A stretch of 62,052 nucleotides of DNA, filler included, from Candidatus Omnitrophota bacterium (GTDB taxonomy: Bacteria > Omnitrophota > Gorgyraeia > Zapsychrales > JBDRMG01), in NCBI GenBank assembly GCA_043812495.1. It is 7 parts of 7 records of this genome, joined end to end, with 100 filler letters (N's around TTAATTAATTAA, not from the genome) between each part and the next. Parts side by side here need not be neighbours in the genome. Positions count along the whole stretch, not along the records: positions 57,703 to 62,052 come from JBDRMG010000032.1; 6 more parts are not named here. One strand, 5' to 3'. The position numbers were made by a program, and so were the translations under genes. Numbering within the stretch: position 1 is the first letter of the stretch; every line of letters begins with the position of its first letter. This document shows positions 57,703-62,052 of the stretch, in pieces. Below the pieces are notes generated by a model. It saw only the letters and a list, made by a program, of their open reading frames with translations. It was not told the DNA's origin and ran no database searches.

Positions 57703-60700
57703 AAAAAATTCCTGTTCAATAAGAATTGCGCAATTCGCCCAGGCGGGGATGAGCTGGACATATTGATCGCGCACCACATCAAGCGCTGAACCATCCAAAT
57801 AATCAATGGCGCGGATATTGATGGCTTTGGCTTTATTTCGCAAGGCTTTAACGAAATCCAAGGCCTCTTTTCGTGTTTCATAAAAGATGAGGCCGTTGAG
57901 CGATGATGTTGGCGCTTCAATAAGCTTGAGCTCGACTTCTGTCACGACACCAAGCGTGCCTTCGGCGCCGATGAATAAATCAATCAAGTCCATGCTGGGT
58001 TCGAGAAAATAACCGGCAGAATTGTCTTCGACGTTCGGCCGTTTAATTTCGGAAATTTGAAGTTCAATACGCTCGCCATTGGACAGTTCAATCAAAAATT
58101 CGCCTTTGGCGCTGGCAAATGTTTCTCCGCGTTTGATGTCTAGGATTTCGCCATTGGCCAAAACAACTTTTAGGCGCGTGACCCATTTGCGCGTGGAGCC
58201 GTATTTGAATCCGCGCGTGCCAAAGGCATCGGTATTGATATTGCCGCCCAAGGTCGCGGTCCGTTCGGTCGGATTCGGCGGATAGAATAATCCTTCTGAT
58301 TCGGCGGCCTTATGGATATCTCCCAAACGCGCGCCGGCCATCACGACCATACGGTATTCATCGCCTTCTTTCCTGATATCAATAATCTCATTCATCTTTT
58401 CCATGCTAATGACCCATCCGCCGAATGGCACAGCCGCGGCCACTAACCCCGTGCCCCCGCCCCTTATGGAGGCGGGAATTCCTAATCTATTGGCTTCCTT
58501 AAGAATTGCGGCGACTTCTTCGGGGGTTCTAGGTAAGAAAGCGCGCGCGGCATGGCCTCCTTGGGTGCGTGATTCATCTTTGAGATAATCTTCAAGCTCC
58601 TCGGGAGCGTCTTTGCTGGAAACATCATGAATCGCCCAATGTTCTTTCTCTGCTTCGGCCCGGGCGCGGGGGTTATTCTCTTTCCTCGAACCGCCCGCGA
58701 ACACCGCCAGAAGACCAAAACCGAGAAGACCTACCAGAAGGACTATCGGATTTAACGGATCCGCCAAAAGATAAATGCCGAGGGGAGCGTCATTCTCGTC
58801 TTCTGGCTTTATTCTCCTTGAGCTTTGACATCCGATTTGTGTTATATCTTTAAAAGAACATGTTGTTCTAGAATAAACAAATACTCTTTTTATCCATTTT
58901 CTTGGAATATCGCAGGCGATGTCGATTTCAATTCCTTGATCATAAGTCACGGCCTCAGAAGGTATTTCGGCACGTTCCGCTTCAATAAGAACGCAGTAGA
59001 AATCCGTTCTTACGGGAATGAAGTCTATCGATTTCATAAACGACCCGGATGCAGCAACAGCATGACCCGGCTCATAAGCAAAATGATGCGTGGCACATTC
59101 TGTATCTTTTAACTTCAAGCCTCTTTTTATAATTTTCTCAATAGAAATTTTTCTTAAACGCATAGCTCGATATATAAATTTATTAAGCTTTAAGTCCCTC
59201 CCAATATTTTCGTTGATTTGCGTTATGGCTTTTACGGCTAAGGTCCAATCCAATTGATCAGTATTGTCAAATTTACTTTCGCGCAATATAGACTCGATAT
59301 TACTCTTTTCATTGCTTCCTTTCTTCTTCGCCCCGACCCGGGCGCGGGGGTTATTCTTTTTCCGCGAACCGCCCGCGAACACCGCCAGAAGACTGAAACC
59401 GAGAAGACCGGCAAGGGTGAAGAGTAAACTCGGAAGGTCGGCCGGCGAGATGCCGAAAAGCGTATTACCTGATTCCGAGGTCATGGAAGGCCCTTGGTCT
59501 TTATCTTGAAAACTTCTAATAGCGGCCATTCGTTCTTGTGCCAATTGGATGGCCTGATCATAACTTCTGACTTCATCGCGGTTCCGGAACGTCGCTTCAC
59601 GGCGTTTCTCGTACAATTCATCGATGGCTGACTGCAAAATATCCAGCGACGGCCGGCCTTCGAGAGGGTCATTGCCGAATGTAAGCGGAAGATCGCCTTT
59701 CAAAAATCTTTCCGCCTGCGGCCGGTAAGGCTTGCCGTCTGGTGATTCGGCAAATTGACGGATCCATTCCTCGGCCATTTGTTCTCCCTTCTTCGGGTCT
59801 TTCCCTAAATCTTCGGCCAAATAACGAAGACCCCGGATCAATCCGTGAAAGGCCACGCTTGGATTAGAGATACAGACAGGGACTTGCGCGCAGCGGGGTT
59901 TGACAAATGCGGCGGGTCGTGTCATCATTCCGTCGGGGATAATGGGCTCTATGGTATAAAGCCGAACGAGGGATTGGATAAAGGCGGGGATATCAACGCC
60001 TGATTTTGTCCGTCTTATGGTGGTTATCCGGATGCGAGGCGGGTCCCGGGAATTCCTTTTGAGCACAAAATCTCCGCTGTTGACAAAAACACCGGCCATC
60101 GTTGTTCCGCCGTCTTTATCAGGCTCATAATGATAAACAATAGCAGCCGCCATTTCGGCCAAGACAGGGGGGATATCCTCTTTGGGCAGAGGAATGAACC
60201 GGCTGACCCCGGACTCGCGGTCCGATTCCCAGCGGCGAAGCACTCCCTGGGCGAAGTTCAACTCCTCATGCCCGCGGAGAAATTCGCTGACAACAATGGG
60301 AAAACTCATCCATTGATCGCCTTTTGTAATCCCGAGCCCGAACGTCCGCTCACCATGTGGTTCCGGAATAAACCGTCTTCTGCCCGATTCCCAATACCTC
60401 TTAAAACAACGCGCGTCATGAGCGACCGCCGCAACATGGCTTTTTTCGATGCTCAGCGGAAATGATAACGCAAAATCTTCACCTCCCAAAAGAAGCTTAT
60501 AAATGATGGCAAACCGCCCGAACTTAAGTGGTTGCAGTTCGGCCTGGGAGTCCGTTTTTCTGAAAATCTCAAGGAGCCACTTCTCTAAACGTTTTACTTC
60601 ATGCAGGCTTAGCCTGTCTTGAGAAGAGATCGGCGGATAATCAAAAGAAACAATGACATTATCATGAGTCCATCTGTATTCATCATCCGTGACTTTGATG

Positions 60701-62052
60701 CCGCCAATTAAAAATAGCATACTACTAAACAGGGTCGCTGGGCCAATCTGACCGCTGATGGCTGACAGCTGATGGCTCAACAGGCCCAGCGGCCCGAGGA
60801 TGATGACAATCAAACCAAAAGACGCAGCAAAAATAGGGACGTTCTTCAGCCACCGATAAAGGGTGTCCCCTTTAACATATGCTTGGGGACACCCATAGGT
60901 TCCAGCTGAAGAACGTCCCTGATTAATATACGACATTACCTGCCTCGCCTTACGGCGGGCAAGGCGGACGACATTACTACCTACTACATTACGACCTGGC
61001 CCCCGCTCTTTCTTTTGACTATGTGATTTCTTGATGATCAAAAGCACCACGGCCCCAATCATCAACAAGCCAATCAAAACAACCAAGTATTCATAGCCGG
61101 TAGTCGCTTGAATTGTTTGCCAAATACTGGACATATTAAAAGGCGCGAATGGTCCAATAGTGCAGTCGAAATCTTCAAATGGATCTTCATCTAATCCAAC
61201 CTCAGTCATATCTCTAGGGCGTCTAACGAATCGATGTCTCTTTATTTTTTCTATGGCCTCTCTTGCCAATGAATCATTCTCAGCTCCTTTGACATTCATT
61301 GCCTTATCTTTAGTCGCAATACCATGTAATATTGTATTTGATAAGGCATCCGCCACAGTTTCTAGCTTACTCAATCTGACAGTTTGACCACCGTCGGTTG
61401 ACCATAAACACCAACCCAGAGGAATCAGCCGATGATTTACCCCATTAAAGTATTCTCTATTTTTATACACCTCTATTGAGAAGACTGAAATTCTAGATTT
61501 CCTTAGTAAATCATCCACCTTTTCATAAGGAACCGGACTAATCCCGCTCAACTGCCAGATCTGCCTGAGACTTTTTGCTGCCGCTTTCATCTTATTCCAA
61601 CTGGCTCCTTTCTCTGACCTTGCTTTACTTAGAAGATCTCTGATCTGATCTAAAACTCTTAATATTCCTTTCGCACCAAATGAACCTCCCTGCAGCAAGA
61701 CTGCAGGGTATCTTTTTTTAGAAGAATCTTGAGGTTCATTCTTCGAAGCCGAATACCTAACTCTACTACGCTCAAAAATTTCACTTCGTTTCATGTTTGA
61801 GCTTCGTAGAGTTCTACTTGCGCCTTTCCGCCCAAAATCTTTGATTTTGGGCGAGATCTCGCCCTGCTTTGCAGGGCGGACATCCCCGTGGCAAGCCACG
61901 GGGTATTCGGCGAAGTAGAATAATACATCCAAAACCTCATGACTAATCACACCTTTAGCAACAGAGAGATTGTAACTTATTGTATGGATATCTACACCTA
62001 TCCTTCCAGCCGCTTCTTCTCTGTATCCATATATTTTCAAACGACCTTCCCC
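57703..62052 (-). CDS. Second giant modular protein fragment (>=1450 aa, open at both ends) with hydrophobic linkers, an ART-like domain and an FAD-linked oxidase domain
   Basis: The 1461-aa track ORF is also open upstream of its TTG to the window edge, and its stop comes from the spacer. FAD_binding_4 motifs RGGGTGL, TLGGNINT, IGAEGTLGVVT. Confidence 0.9.
58659..58731 (-). repeat. 73-bp direct repeat copy 1 (GLLGFGLLAVFAGGSRKENNPRAR)
   Basis: 69/73 nt identical to 59337-59409. Confidence 0.95.
59337..59409 (-). repeat. 73-bp direct repeat copy 2 (GLLGFSLLAVFAGGSRKKNNPRAR)
   Basis: 69/73 nt identical to 58659-58731; offset 678 nt = 226 codons. Confidence 0.95.

Noticed and set aside
55895..62052. 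Serine integrase as the recombinase of the adjacent giant-ORF array
   Set aside because: They are on different contigs separated by an artificial spacer, so there is no evidence of linkage.
1..62052. tRNA, rRNA or CRISPR loci
   Set aside because: None recognised by eye; a tRNAscan/Infernal run would be needed to exclude them.

Overview
The window is seven assembly contigs joined by 100-bp N/TTAATTAATTAA/N spacers (13264-13363, 26872-26971, 33442-33541, 38427-38526, 40965-41064, 57603-57702), so adjacency across a spacer is not biological. It looks like a diderm bacterial MAG; Ca. Omnitrophota is my unverified guess from gene content, repeat style and giant genes. Contigs 2-6 are mostly housekeeping (mtnA-thiL-tsaE-tsaB-alr, lptFG, comF, olsB/olsA-like, ArnT cluster, pnp-ftsK-rodZ-rimO-pgsA-pgpA, kamA/ddl-like, nth, nnrE, purB, folE, ispG/H, moa/mog, metXW, queG, miaB), plus palindromic repeats, a RAYT-type transposase and a large serine recombinase overlapping the 5' end of miaB. 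The main discovery is missing from the ORF track. I read every codon of contig 1 and found one stop-free minus-strand frame from 13262 to 3 (4420 codons, open at both ends). It is a chain of unrelated domains (RelE-like, CheR-like, SAM methyltransferase, ADP-ribosyltransferase-like, degenerate P-loop kinase, unknowns) separated by a conserved hydrophobic repeat (FDF..SP[ED]..LAA....G.G.AM). One inter-repeat unit is a complete DUF433/PIN toxin-antitoxin operon with its own promoter on the opposite strand, and the giant frame stays open through it. Contig 7 holds a second open-ended giant ORF of similar design, with a 73-bp direct repeat flanking an ART-like domain. Together these suggest an integron-like, in-frame cassette array encoding a giant polyprotein (inference).
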